DNA of 64,000 bases, from positions 10,824 to 74,823 of IMG/VR virus record IMGVR_UViG_3300032431_000004; one strand, given 5' to 3'. Both the position numbers and the translations under genes were made by a program. Each line of letters begins with the position of its first letter. Position 1 is the first letter of the stretch. This DNA comes from a virus. The notes under the pieces are model-generated. The model was given only the letters and a program-made list of their open reading frames with translations. It had not been told where the DNA came from and searched no databases. This document shows, in pieces, positions 1 to 9,436 of the stretch.

Positions 1-70
1 AAGCTTCCGCATAGTTGCCAACGTTTCCAACGTTTAACGTTAGAATAACGACAGCTATAAGGAGAGAATT

Positions 71-268
71 ATGGAAGACACGGTAGATGGGGTAGTAATA
101 AGCGCGGCTGAAATGGCCGCGATCGCGCTGGTCATGCATCTGCGATGGAAGCAATCGCAAGCTTTACGCCTTGGCACTGTGGCAGATCGCCCGCCAATGG
201 AGTCGTTTGAGGATTGGCTGAAAGCGATCGCGGGTTCGGCAGTAATAAAGGAAGAGACTAATGGATAG
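71..268 (+). CDS. Hypothetical protein (resembles N-terminus of next gene)
   Basis: RBS AAGGAG; SFEDWLKAIA vs SFDDWLNVIA in 261..755. Confidence 0.6.
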   Translation: MEDTVDGVVISAAEMAAIALVMHLRWKQSQALRLGTVADRPPMESFEDWLKAIAGSAVIKEETNG

Positions 269-755
269 TTCCGAAACCAGTGAAGTATTGCTCAAGCTGG
301 TTGAGCAATGGAGATCTACCGGAGGTTTGACAAGCGACATTCCTGCTAGTTTATCGTTTGATGATTGGCTGAACGTGATTGCATTCTGTCAGGAAGTGCT
401 TGAGTTGGAATTCCCTGCGATCATCGTAGATGAAAAGCTTGAACCTTTTAGTGCCTGCCCATTTTGCGGGGGCAAAGACCAAGTTTTTTTAGACAATGAC
501 AAACGTGATACCGGGACTTCATACGGTTACTACGTCAAATGCTCCTGCGGTGCGGAAGGTGCGGTTGGTGTAGACAAGTCAGAAGCGGCGGCATTGTGGA
601 ATAAGCGATCAGAAACGCCCGCGATCGCGATAGGAGATGACAGGCGGCTTAGCGACAGTCAAAACAAAGCGATCGCTTTTCTAGGAACTTGCTCTGCTCA
701 GCAACAAGCTCAAATGATGGATGGCCACAAGTTTAGGATAGAAACCAATGAATAA
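261..755 (+). CDS. Lar-family restriction alleviation zinc-finger domain protein
   Basis: CPFCGG...YYVKCSCGA...AAALWNKR motif. Confidence 0.7.
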   Translation: MDSSETSEVLLKLVEQWRSTGGLTSDIPASLSFDDWLNVIAFCQEVLELEFPAIIVDEKLEPFSACPFCGGKDQVFLDNDKRDTGTSYGYYVKCSCGAEGAVGVDKSEAAALWNKRSETPAIAIGDDRRLSDSQNKAIAFLGTCSAQQQAQMMDGHKFRIETNE

Positions 756-1116
756 TTCCGAAGCAACCAAACTCAAAGCACCCTCATCCAATAGAGATCC
801 TTTACAAGAGCTGAGAGAAGCGGGGCTGCACATTTACCTATTTGGCGGGTTCTGCCCTGTGCAGTGTGAGGCTACGTTGCCATCTGGCAAGGCACTTTAC
901 TTCCGATCGCGTGGGGAATGTTGGGAGTTGACGATCGCGCCCACAAGATTAGGCGCTGTGAGTGGTGACAACGCATCCCTTAGCATCTCGTCAGAGTACG
1001 GGACTGAACAGTTTGAGGCTGGCTACATGCCACTAGAAACGGCAGCTGACATAATCCTCACCGCGATCGCACTTTATCGATTGTCGTCTGGCAAAGGAGT
1101 AGCTAGCCATGAGTAA
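748..1116 (+). CDS. Hypothetical protein, paralog of 1109..1444
   Basis: Shared PLQ.L..AGL, ATLP.GK, WEL.I, M.LETAAD, SSGKG. Confidence 0.75.
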   Translation: MNNSEATKLKAPSSNRDPLQELREAGLHIYLFGGFCPVQCEATLPSGKALYFRSRGECWELTIAPTRLGAVSGDNASLSISSEYGTEQFEAGYMPLETAADIILTAIALYRLSSGKGVASHE

Positions 1117-1444
1117 CCCTAAAGCCAGCGCGATCGCTAGAAGCCCTTTACAAAGGCTGCAAGACGCAGGGCTTGTAGTCGTTGGATTCGTTGGGTTTGA
1201 CCCTATCATTTGTGACGCCACTCTACCGGATGGCAAAAACATTTATTTTACAGCGTGGGAATATAGCTGGGAGCTAAAGATCACAGAATGGAACATGGCT
1301 TCTCTGGATTCCCTTTTTAACCTTGAGGTTTCATACCCAGAATATTCCGTAGAAAAGTTGATGTCGTTAGAAACTGCGGCAGATTTAATCCTTGCCTCAA
1401 TCGCCCTCTATCAACTGTCGTCCGGCAAAGGGGCGATCGCATGA
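1109..1444 (+). CDS. Hypothetical protein, paralog of 748..1116
   Basis: Tandem paralogy, overlapping start/stop. Confidence 0.75.
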   Translation: MSNPKASAIARSPLQRLQDAGLVVVGFVGFDPIICDATLPDGKNIYFTAWEYSWELKITEWNMASLDSLFNLEVSYPEYSVEKLMSLETAADLILASIALYQLSSGKGAIA

Positions 1445-1746
1445 GCTGGGCAACAAGATCAAGGAAAGTCCTGCTAGAGATTGCGGCCGCGAATCCTCAG
1501 CAGCAAGGGGAATCCCTAGAGGACTGGAGCAAGCGGATGAAGAGAGCGATCGTAGATGGCTACCCATTTATGCAGAGAGGCGGGTTTGCGTATCAGCATT
1601 GGTGCCGCGAGAGGTCGGTAGTCTTGCGCGAGCTGGGCATCGTAGCGGGATTGCCTAAAAAGGGAAGTAGGGCGATCGCAGAGCTGGCAGCCATGCCCCA
1701 CACTGGACAGCTGAATCTATTGGATGTAGGAGATAGAAATGAGTAG
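1441..1746 (+). CDS. Hypothetical protein
   Basis: ATGA coupling to the upstream gene. Confidence 0.65.
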   Translation: MSWATRSRKVLLEIAAANPQQQGESLEDWSKRMKRAIVDGYPFMQRGGFAYQHWCRERSVVLRELGIVAGLPKKGSRAIAELAAMPHTGQLNLLDVGDRNE

Positions 1747-3001
1747 GGAACTAGAGTCATGGTTCAGCGGCGGCGGGCTAGCTGACATAGGGTATGCGGA
1801 GGCTGGCCTTACCCCGACCTTTGCCGTAGAGCTTGACGACGCGATCGCCAGTGTGTACCGGGCAAACCTTAACGATCATTGCCTGACTGCTGACGTTCGC
1901 AATGTCGAATTGTACGGCACCACAAGGTTCTGGTTTCACGTTTCGCCGCCTTGCACTAATGCGTCGGTAGCGAAAACGAATGGTGGTGAAACTGAGCTAG
2001 ACATTCAGCTAGCGCGGGCGATAGTGCGGGGCATTGAACGGCGATCGCCCTGGTTCAGTCTGGAGAATGTATGGGGCTATCGAACGTTTGAAAGCTTCAG
2101 GCTGATCCTAGAAGCCTTGTCTAACAATGGATACAATCTGGCGTACTGGCATCTGAATAGTGCTAATTACGGAGTGCCACAGACTAGGAAGCGGCTAATC
2201 CTGTGCGCGAGCAGAGTAAAACGGGTTGTTCAGCCTCACCCTACCCATGCCAAAGCCCCTGACCTATTTGCACTGCCTTGGGTCGGTTGGTATGAAGCGA
2301 TCGCGGATTTGGTGCCCACACTACCAGAGACTCAATTTGCAAAATGGCAGCTTGAACGGTTGCCAGAAGAGCTGAGAGCAATCACGGCACTGGATCAAAA
2401 TCTAAAAACCTGTCTCGTTGAGACTAAGAATTCTAATCGGCAATGGGGCAAAGGATACCGTGTTGGCAATCTGCCACGGGAGTTACTGATTGGTGATCAG
2501 CGCAGCAATGGGGGGCGATCGCTTTCAATCCGTAATGAGGATCAGCCGTGCTACACAGTTGAGGCTTCTAAAAGCGGCGTTCATGCTGGCAGGGCGTTAC
2601 TAATTGAAGGGACTGAGCAGCGGCGCACAACGGTGTCGCATCGAGGGGAGCTAGAACCATCGTTCACTATCAAGGCATCGATCCACAAGTCTTCTACTCG
2701 GGCATACATCCCTGAACCTTTCATGGTTGATGGGCTTGCCAACAATCGCGGGGCTTCGGTAACGATTGTGACAGGCGATCGCCCTTCCTATACCGTTAAA
2801 GCCTCAGCCTATAAGCAGGCATCGCGGGCATACATCCCTAACGGTAGGGTCGTTACAATCACCCCTGAATGCCTCGCACGGTTTCAGTCAGTGCCCAGTT
2901 GGTATCGGCTATCTGGTAAGGCTTCGCTGGATTGCAAGGTACTGGGTAACGGATTCCCTTGCTTACTGGCTCAGGCATTAGTTGAGGCACAAAAGCTATG
3001 A
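1739..3001 (+). CDS. DNA (cytosine-5) methyltransferase with repeated TRD-like segments
   Basis: Motifs I FSGGG, IV SPPC, VI ENV, VIII QTRKR, IX ECLARFQ, X LGNG. Confidence 0.92.
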   Translation: MSRELESWFSGGGLADIGYAEAGLTPTFAVELDDAIASVYRANLNDHCLTADVRNVELYGTTRFWFHVSPPCTNASVAKTNGGETELDIQLARAIVRGIERRSPWFSLENVWGYRTFESFRLILEALSNNGYNLAYWHLNSANYGVPQTRKRLILCASRVKRVVQPHPTHAKAPDLFALPWVGWYEAIADLVPTLPETQFAKWQLERLPEELRAITALDQNLKTCLVETKNSNRQWGKGYRVGNLPRELLIGDQRSNGGRSLSIRNEDQPCYTVEASKSGVHAGRALLIEGTEQRRTTVSHRGELEPSFTIKASIHKSSTRAYIPEPFMVDGLANNRGASVTIVTGDRPSYTVKASAYKQASRAYIPNGRVVTITPECLARFQSVPSWYRLSGKASLDCKVLGNGFPCLLAQALVEAQKL

Positions 3002-3501
3002 AGGAAATTAGCGTCCTGTTTGTAGATCCCGCGCTGGCATCCCTTGGATGGGCTGTCATCAGCGGGAATTCTCACAGCTTCAAGATGATTGACTTTGGAG
3101 TAGTCGTAACCCCAGCAGGGATGCCACTGGGCGATCGCCTTTCCATAGTTCGGCAAGATGTACTAGAGCTGCTAGAGCTGCACAAGCCTACTGTCGTTGG
3201 CTATGAAAAGCCATTCTTTTCTGGCAAGAATACTAATGCCGCGATTGTGCAAAATGCGATCGGGGTAATGCTCTCTGCGATGGCCGACGCTGGTTATCCA
3301 AGTCCCGTAGAACTGAAGCCATCGCAAATCAAATTGGCGATCGCGGGTAGCGGGAAGGCTGAAAAAGTTGAAGTTAGGGCGGCAGTCCTTGAGCTGTTTG
3401 GATTGACCCACCAAAAAGGGACGAAGGATGACGCCTACGATGCAGCAGCGGGTGCGGCGGCGGTGATGCAAAACTATTTTTTATTTGAGGCAGCGACATG
3501 A
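2998..3501 (+). CDS. ruvC: Holliday junction resolvase RuvC
   Basis: VDP...GWAV, YEKPFF, P..IK.AIAGSGKAEK, DDAYDA. Confidence 0.9.
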   Translation: MKEISVLFVDPALASLGWAVISGNSHSFKMIDFGVVVTPAGMPLGDRLSIVRQDVLELLELHKPTVVGYEKPFFSGKNTNAAIVQNAIGVMLSAMADAGYPSPVELKPSQIKLAIAGSGKAEKVEVRAAVLELFGLTHQKGTKDDAYDAAAGAAAVMQNYFLFEAAT

Positions 3502-3737
3502 GTAAGTTTTTAGTTCAGTTTGCAGACGACGAAGGATTGGGAAGTGAGAACGAGGTTGAAGCCTCTGACCATCAAGGTGCCGCGATCGCATTTGTTGAAA
3601 AGAATTGTGATTCAGAAACCCATGAAGCACTGCTAGAAACTCCTGAGTACATACTCGTTTCTCGCGGCAGCGGCGAACCTGTGAGATTTCAAGTGACTTC
3701 CGAAGTCAGCTATCAGTTCTATGCAAACGAGGCTTGA
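3498..3737 (+). CDS. Hypothetical acidic protein
   Basis: ATGA coupling in operon. Confidence 0.6.
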   Translation: MSKFLVQFADDEGLGSENEVEASDHQGAAIAFVEKNCDSETHEALLETPEYILVSRGSGEPVRFQVTSEVSYQFYANEA

Positions 3738-3741
3738 AAAC

Positions 3742-3960
3742 ATGAATATTACTCTTGAGCAACTAGAAGCGGCGTTGGCAGTTCTAGCAAAAGACCATCG
3801 GTTCCAAGGTTCAGAAGTCAGGCTTCATAACACTAGGCTGTTGAGGATGCTGGGCAAACCACTAACGGCTGCTGAAGAACTGGCGATCGCTGAATCTCGC
3901 CGTCGCGCTGTAAACGCAATGGTGTCGCCATCCTTTGTAGTAGGGAGCGATCGCACATGA
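3742..3960 (+). CDS. Hypothetical protein
   Basis: In-operon ORF; ATG at 3742 preferred. Confidence 0.55.
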   Translation: MNITLEQLEAALAVLAKDHRFQGSEVRLHNTRLLRMLGKPLTAAEELAIAESRRRAVNAMVSPSFVVGSDRT

Positions 3961-4286
3961 TCTACACCATTACAAAATCAATTGCTGCTATCAAGGTAAG
4001 CCCAGCGGTGTCATCAGCAGTCCGACTAAAAATAGAGAATGGGTTTCGACTGGCAGAAGTTTACTTGGCAGATGTGGCTACCCATCATTTCATTGCTGGC
4101 TCCTACACTCCCGTTGAAACTTTCACCATGTTTCAAATGGTTGACGAAACTGCCACTGATGCTGACATAGAGATGGTTCGACAGATCTTGCAGAAGCATG
4201 AAGAAGAAGACGCAGCCAGTCAGCTTAGGATGGCACGGCACAGAGAGCAAATGAGTTTAGACATGGGCATGGGAGGTGACGTATGA
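3957..4286 (+). CDS. Hypothetical protein
   Basis: ATGA coupling. Confidence 0.6.
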   Translation: MIYTITKSIAAIKVSPAVSSAVRLKIENGFRLAEVYLADVATHHFIAGSYTPVETFTMFQMVDETATDADIEMVRQILQKHEEEDAASQLRMARHREQMSLDMGMGGDV

Positions 4287-4585
4287 CGGCAGCACATGAT
4301 GAATTGCGATCGCAGATAAACGCGATCGCACTGCGGACACAGAAGTTAGAGGATGCGATAGCGAAGCGCTGCTTGCAGATTGAGACTGACAAGTTTCTGC
4401 CAATTTCCGTTTGCTACAGGCGGTTAGGCTACCGAAATTCAACCCATTTCAGAAACGCTGTCTACGCAGATGAGCAGCGAATGTCAGAAGGGAAGACGCC
4501 CAATCATTTTCCGCAGGGCGCTATCCAGAAGCGGGGTGGTAGATGGTTCGTAGATGTCAAAGCAGTAATGGAGTCGAAAACATGA
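4283..4585 (+). CDS. Putative small DNA-binding (excisionase/winged-helix-like) protein
   Basis: CYRRLGY...GRWFVDVKAV; paralog of next ORF. Confidence 0.5.
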   Translation: MTAAHDELRSQINAIALRTQKLEDAIAKRCLQIETDKFLPISVCYRRLGYRNSTHFRNAVYADEQRMSEGKTPNHFPQGAIQKRGGRWFVDVKAVMESKT

Positions 4586-4752
4586 ACGAGCAGTTCAAAT
4601 CAGTGGCAGCCTGCTACCGCACATTAGGATACGCAAGACAGGAAGATTTGAGGCAGGATATCCGCTCAAAGCGACTGCCAGAAGGGAGCTATGCGATTGT
4701 AAACGATCGCTATTTCGTAGACGTTCAAGCGGTACAAGAGGCACAAGCATGA
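4582..4752 (+). CDS. Putative small DNA-binding protein, paralog of 4283..4585
   Basis: CYRTLGY...RYFVDVQAV; ATGA coupling. Confidence 0.55.
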   Translation: MNEQFKSVAACYRTLGYARQEDLRQDIRSKRLPEGSYAIVNDRYFVDVQAVQEAQA

Positions 4753-5390
4753 CACATTCAGCAACGACGGCAAAGAGCGATCGCCAGCCATTAGATCGCT
4801 ATGATTCTCCTGAGTGGATGCCAGATGTATTGTTCTATGAACTCCCAGGATTTCCTAGTGACACGGTATTTTTTGAGTGCTGCAAGGAGGGTGGGTCAAT
4901 CTCAAAAACAATTCTTGATCACGGATACCAGGTCATCACCGCAGACATTGACCCAAATACTGATCCTGACTTTGTTTTAGACATGACTAAGCCGGATTCC
5001 TGGGATGCGCTACCCCACTTTGATTACGTAATCACCAATCCACCTTTTTGTGATGCTGATGCCATCGTAGGCATGGCAATCCCTAGGGCTAAAGGAGTGA
5101 TGATGTTACTGCGTAAGACTTGGGATGAGCCAACAGTCATCCGCTACGAACTGCTAGAAAAACACCCTTGGACAAACAAGATTTGCTTGCCTCGCTATAA
5201 GTTCACGAGGTCTAAAGATCCGTCTACCGGGCTGAGAACTGGCAATTGGCAGACAGATTCAACGCCGATCGACTGGTTCATGTGGATGCCAAGCATGGGT
5301 ATCCCCACCATGAGCGTCTACTCCGAAGACAAGATAAACAAATTTTCTCGATACACTGCTAACCCCGACAGGGAGGGCGATCGCAAATGA
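4749..5390 (+). CDS. Amino (N6A/N4C) DNA methyltransferase
   Basis: D.Y.SP N-terminus, degenerate SAM motif FECCKEGG, VITNPPF catalytic motif. Confidence 0.75.
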   Translation: MTHSATTAKSDRQPLDRYDSPEWMPDVLFYELPGFPSDTVFFECCKEGGSISKTILDHGYQVITADIDPNTDPDFVLDMTKPDSWDALPHFDYVITNPPFCDADAIVGMAIPRAKGVMMLLRKTWDEPTVIRYELLEKHPWTNKICLPRYKFTRSKDPSTGLRTGNWQTDSTPIDWFMWMPSMGIPTMSVYSEDKINKFSRYTANPDREGDRK

Positions 5391-5809
5391 ACCCCGAAAC
5401 CCAAGCAAAGACAACATTGAACGTAGCCAACCTCAAGACGACCAAGATTGGGATCAGGTGCGATCGCGCTTCCTTCCTAGGCAACCCATTCGATATGGAA
5501 CGCGAGGCAGATAGAGCCAGTGTTTGTGACGGTTTCAGAAAGTATCTGTGGGCAGTCGTTGGGCATGGGCGATCGCCTGTAGACGCCGCCAACGCCATCG
5601 CAGCCAGTATGGGGTTACAGATGTCAGCAAAGTGGCGATCGCCCACTACAGGCCAATTCCTAGCGGCTCTAGAGCAAGTGGAGCTAGCACCGGACGGAAC
5701 TAAGCTACTTTGCTGGTGTAGCCCCCTGCGGTGCCACTGCGATGAGTACGTGAACTATCGGGCATGGGTTGAGCAAACTATTGAGGGCAACAGCGACCAT
5801 GAATCCTAA
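5387..5809 (+). CDS. DUF4326-like protein
   Basis: R.S.LGNPF and LLCWCSPLRCH motifs. Confidence 0.75.
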   Translation: MNPETQAKTTLNVANLKTTKIGIRCDRASFLGNPFDMEREADRASVCDGFRKYLWAVVGHGRSPVDAANAIAASMGLQMSAKWRSPTTGQFLAALEQVELAPDGTKLLCWCSPLRCHCDEYVNYRAWVEQTIEGNSDHES

Positions 5810-6347
5810 TCTTGACAATTCTTGGATACAAACCTATACAGGGAAGGCTTTTTTCCCGCTAAGCCCTGAAACCGAAGATATCGACATCATTGATATTGCT
5901 TGGGCGCTATCAATGCAGTGCAGGTATGCAGGGCATTGCAAACGGTTCTACAGCGTTGCCGAGCATTCAGTCCTAATTTCCCGCGCTGTCCCACTGGAAG
6001 ACAGGTTGATAGGCTTGCTGCATGACGCTTCTGAGGCTTATTTGGTTGACATCCCACGGCCTATCAAATGGGCAATGGGTGGGTACGCAGGATACGAAGC
6101 CACTCTGATGAATGCGATCGCTATCCGCTTTGGCTTGCGCGATGTCACAACCGAGGCTGTTAAGGATGCTGACGCTCGGATACTGCACAACGAACGAGCT
6201 GCACTAATGCCAGGGGGCGATCGGGACTGGACTATCCCTGGCGAGCCACTGCCCAATATCAAGGTGATAGGACGAAGCCCTCCCGGTGCTTTTGAATTGT
6301 TTATGGCAGAGTTTAGGCATCTTACTGAGGAGGGCGATCGCGCTTAA
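5799..6347 (+). CDS. HD-domain phosphohydrolase (YfdR/5'-deoxynucleotidase-like)
   Basis: DIA.ALS..CRYAGH, YSVAEHS, LLHDASEAY, VKDAD. Confidence 0.85.
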   Translation: MNPNLDNSWIQTYTGKAFFPLSPETEDIDIIDIAWALSMQCRYAGHCKRFYSVAEHSVLISRAVPLEDRLIGLLHDASEAYLVDIPRPIKWAMGGYAGYEATLMNAIAIRFGLRDVTTEAVKDADARILHNERAALMPGGDRDWTIPGEPLPNIKVIGRSPPGAFELFMAEFRHLTEEGDRA

Positions 6348-6368
6348 TCGTCTGACATTGCTTCCACC

Positions 6369-6404
6369 GCGCACAGCCGGGATTGGCGACCCGGCACCCA
6401 CTAC
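6369..6404 (+). promoter_or_regulatory. Repeated leader hairpin GCGCRCAGCCGGGA-N-CCCGGCA (copy 1)
   Basis: Related copies at 6661-6700, 6952-6989 and 50928-50966 (-), each just upstream of a start codon. Confidence 0.55.
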
Positions 6405-6416
6405 ACCCACTAAAAA

Positions 6417-6629
6417 ATGAACTCAACAACTCCTTTAATTCCCCAGATGATAGAGATAATCACGAGACTTCACTCCAGAGTCTCAGATAGAGACCTGCTA
6501 CGCCACCTGGCAGACGCCCTAGACGCCTTAGAATGCGCTGGCGATCGCCTCAACGAGATAGAAGCCGAAGAAGACGCCAGAGCGAGTGCTGACCCTCTAG
6601 ACGATGGCGATCGCGCATACGACGCCTAG
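6417..6629 (+). CDS. Hypothetical protein
   Basis: ORF after leader hairpin. Confidence 0.55.
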   Translation: MNSTTPLIPQMIEIITRLHSRVSDRDLLRHLADALDALECAGDRLNEIEAEEDARASADPLDDGDRAYDA

Positions 6630-6708
6630 GTAGACAACCTGCTAACGGGCTGAGATTCAGAGCGCGCAGCCGGGAGTAGCGCCCGATACACACCTACTAA
6701 GGAACGCC

Positions 6709-6951
6709 ATGACAACTGTTATTGATTTCATCGAAGCAACATTGGCTTTATGTGGAGAGTGGGAGAAGGGCGATCGCCTTCCACCCGATGACGAAATAGT
6801 TTCTAGGCTGCTTGGGGAGATCGGCGTTTTTGAGCAAGAGATTAGAAGCCTAGACTTGAGCGATCTGGTCGGCGCGAGGCTGGCGGTTCCAGATGCCTTA
6901 ATGCTGCTGGCGTCGCTCAAAAACAGGATACAAGCGATCGCACTAGGATGA
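6709..6951 (+). CDS. Hypothetical protein, paralog of 7001..7282
   Basis: MTTVIDFIEA vs MTTAIEFIEE; LASLK shared; same leader. Confidence 0.7.
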   Translation: MTTVIDFIEATLALCGEWEKGDRLPPDDEIVSRLLGEIGVFEQEIRSLDLSDLVGARLAVPDALMLLASLKNRIQAIALG

Positions 6952-7000
6952 AGCGCGCAGCCGGGAGTAGCGTCCCGGCATTCCACTACCAAGGAACTCC

Positions 7001-7282
7001 ATGACAACCGCTATTGAGTTTATTGAAGAAGCATTAGTTTTGTGTGACGGGTGGGAGGATGGCAATCCGCCTAGCGACAAAAGCATCTCTGAGCTACTTG
7101 GAAAGATTGACACCGTTCACAGAGGGCTGAAAAGGACAGATATGGAGAGCAGGAGCGCGATCGATCAGTATGTGACCCCAGGCGTCCTAAATCGGCTGGC
7201 ATCGCTGAAAATCAGGGTACGCTGCATCGCACCGCTAGAAGAGAGCGGCTGGCAAGAAAACGAACGGCAGGGTGAAGCCTAG
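7001..7282 (+). CDS. Hypothetical protein, paralog of 6709..6951
   Basis: Paralogy and shared leader. Confidence 0.7.
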   Translation: MTTAIEFIEEALVLCDGWEDGNPPSDKSISELLGKIDTVHRGLKRTDMESRSAIDQYVTPGVLNRLASLKIRVRCIAPLEESGWQENERQGEA

Positions 7283-7330
7283 ATCTGACGCACTCCCTAT
7301 CCGTTCCCAAAAAAAACTTTGCCCAGCCCC

Positions 7331-7359
7331 TTGACAACGCCCGTATCTTTTGGCATACT
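7331..7359 (+). promoter_or_regulatory. Sigma70-type promoter
   Basis: TTGACA-17 bp-CATACT with extended TG; upstream A-tract; RBS AAGGAG before 7390. Confidence 0.7.
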
Positions 7360-7389
7360 AAAGAAGACAGCCGAAGAAAGGAGATCCCG

Positions 7390-7617
7390 ATGACCAACTC
7401 AGCCGCCCAGACCGCCGCCCAGACCGATCGCCAGCCTCGCGCCGACCTGATCGGGAGGTACCTCGGCCTCGCACCTCAGCCCCAAGCGCAGAACAGCGAT
7501 CGCGCCGTAGCCCTAGCGATCCTGCTAGAGGAAATTCAGGACAGCGGAGACGCCGTTCTCCTGTTCCAGGTCGCCGAGATGGCGCTCGGGATGGGCAAGC
7601 GCCTCGCCGGCTGCTAG
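7390..7617 (+). CDS. Hypothetical protein
   Basis: Promoter + RBS. Confidence 0.65.
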   Translation: MTNSAAQTAAQTDRQPRADLIGRYLGLAPQPQAQNSDRAVALAILLEEIQDSGDAVLLFQVAEMALGMGKRLAGC

Positions 7618-7691
7618 AAGCCAGCCCCGGTGGTCATCGGACTGCTGGGGCGATCGCGCATCAGTCCAAACAGCTAGCGAAAAACAGAAAA

Positions 7692-8090
7692 ATGATCAAC
7701 CCTAAAATTACAAAGCCCTGCGCAGACTGCCCATTCAGGAGATCCGTAGCCTTCCCTATCGGAGTAGAAAGGCGATCGCAAATTGCTGAATCCCTCGGGA
7801 ACGATTGGCACACGTTCCCATGCCACAAAAGCACGTTCGATAAAGACGGCGAACCCCTACCAGACAGCGCACATCGCCATTGCACCGGGGCAATGATGGT
7901 GCTAGAGCAGTGCGATCGCCCTAACATTGCCATGAGGATTGCTCGGCTGGAGAAGCTGTATCATCCCGACAATCTAGAGGATTGGGGCGATATCTTTGAG
8001 AGCTTTGAAGACTTCATTGAAGCATCCCCGGATTTCGACTTTGAAGATCCTGACTTTGACGGTTTAGAGGTAGAAGAAGAAACATGGTAA
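7692..8090 (+). CDS. Cys/His metal-binding phage protein (DUF6283-like)
   Basis: KPCADCPFRR...FPCH...CTGA; acidic tail. Confidence 0.55.
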   Translation: MINPKITKPCADCPFRRSVAFPIGVERRSQIAESLGNDWHTFPCHKSTFDKDGEPLPDSAHRHCTGAMMVLEQCDRPNIAMRIARLEKLYHPDNLEDWGDIFESFEDFIEASPDFDFEDPDFDGLEVEEETW

Positions 8091-8133
8091 TCAACTGCCC
8101 ACACTGCAATCGAACAAGCAAAGGATAAATCTG

Positions 8134-8397
8134 ATGACTTTGGAAACTTCGACCAACTTAGAAGATGTTTTAGACATTCGACCTGCCGGAGGCGTTTCAA
8201 GCCTTGAGGGTGGATTCAGGATTGGATGGTTTAAAGACAAAGAGCTGCCAGGAATTTGCTTGGCAATAAATAGACGAGGCGAGGTTTTTGCTAGGTTCAT
8301 GAAAGACGAAACCGTTCATCATGCAAAAAACCTATCAAGAGCAGAGTCAGAAGCGATTTCTGGCATCAAACTATTGCATCTTGGGTGGGAGCTTTGA
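8134..8397 (+). CDS. Hypothetical protein
   Basis: In-operon ORF. Confidence 0.55.
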   Translation: MTLETSTNLEDVLDIRPAGGVSSLEGGFRIGWFKDKELPGICLAINRRGEVFARFMKDETVHHAKNLSRAESEAISGIKLLHLGWEL

Positions 8398-8618
8398 ACT
8401 GCCCACACTGCAAAAGCGATCGCATGACCAAGTACGGCTTCACCACATCAGGCCGTCAAATCTGGCGTTGCTCTGCCTGCGCCAAAGATACCAGCGGCAA
8501 CCCCACAGGCAGGCCGTTAAAGTCGGTGGGGAAGTGTCCCAACTGTGGGAGCGATCGCACTCGCAAAACATGCGGCAGGGGACGCTGCAAAGCCTGTGGG
8601 AAGACTTGGAAGCTCTAG
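8385..8618 (+). CDS. Double zinc-ribbon protein (InsA-like ribbon)
   Basis: CPHC..K.G..SGRQIWRCSAC plus CPNC...RCKAC; start may be TTG 8394. Confidence 0.6.
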   Translation: MGALNCPHCKSDRMTKYGFTTSGRQIWRCSACAKDTSGNPTGRPLKSVGKCPNCGSDRTRKTCGRGRCKACGKTWKL

Positions 8619-9436
8619 GGAACGTACCCGATCGCCGTGTTAAACGTATCCATTCGGCTTCTGAAACTGGCATTCTGGGCTGTTGATTGGGCGGCACCAA
8701 TATGAGCCATCGACAGTTGGTGATTACCTTGCCCGGTTAGTGCTCCGTTATTGCTACGGGCTAGGAGAAGAAACGTAACACTTGATCTTCCTGCCGAGCT
8801 AACTGTACTTTCTAGCTCAGTGGCACCTCTCCTAGACGTTATCCCCGCACTACTAGCCCTGCTAATAGAGCAATAGCTGTTATCAGTTGGCACTACTGTA
8901 GAAGACACTTGACTATCGGTTCCATTAGAGTTCAATCTATTGAGAGTAGTAGTGTTGTTTGTTGCGACTCCTATAGATGTATTTGTAACGTTTCCAGCAT
9001 TTACACATCCCATCAAAAACCTAAGAGACGTAGTAGCGGTGCTTATCCTTCTCACTAAGCAACCCATAGAAGCATTGTCTTGAGTAAAATTTATTCCATC
9101 TAAAGGTGCCCAATTTGTATTTATAAGTCCTGTGGTAGTATTCCCCTGCCATCCCTGCCTTCTGACGAATGTCGGCGGCGTTGCACCCTCACTAGCGGCG
9201 TTTTGCCGACTCACAACGCACCGCAAAGAATCTGGTGCATTGTCCCCAAAATGAAGTAGATAGAGCCTGTCAAAAGACAATATCCCATCAGCCGCAAAAC
9301 CCCCTAGCAGCGCGTCAAGAGCCTGCCTCTCAGCCGTGCTATAGTTGCCCGTTGCAACATCTAGCCAAGCCTGGGTATCAGCCCTGAAGCTGGCTATAGT
9401 GGGGTAATGGAAGATTGCGCGTACGGTTGGGAGCAT
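8615..9436 (-). CDS. Putative tail fiber/receptor-binding or other virion protein
   Basis: Thr/Ser/Asn/Gly-rich, lectin-like composition; at the end of a structural cluster. Confidence 0.55.
   Translation of the reverse strand: MLPTVRAIFHYPTIASFRADTQAWLDVATGNYSTAERQALDALLGGFAADGILSFDRLYLLHFGDNAPDSLRCVVSRQNAASEGATPPTFVRRQGWQGNTTTGLINTNWAPLDGINFTQDNASMGCLVRRISTATTSLRFLMGCVNAGNVTNTSIGVATNNTTTLNRLNSNGTDSQVSSTVVPTDNSYCSISRASSAGITSRRGATELESTVSSAGRSSVTFLLLARSNNGALTGQGNHQLSMAHIGAAQSTAQNASFRSRMDTFNTAIGYVP

Noticed and set aside
8385-8618. IS1 element
   Set aside because: No DDE InsB frame or terminal inverted repeats
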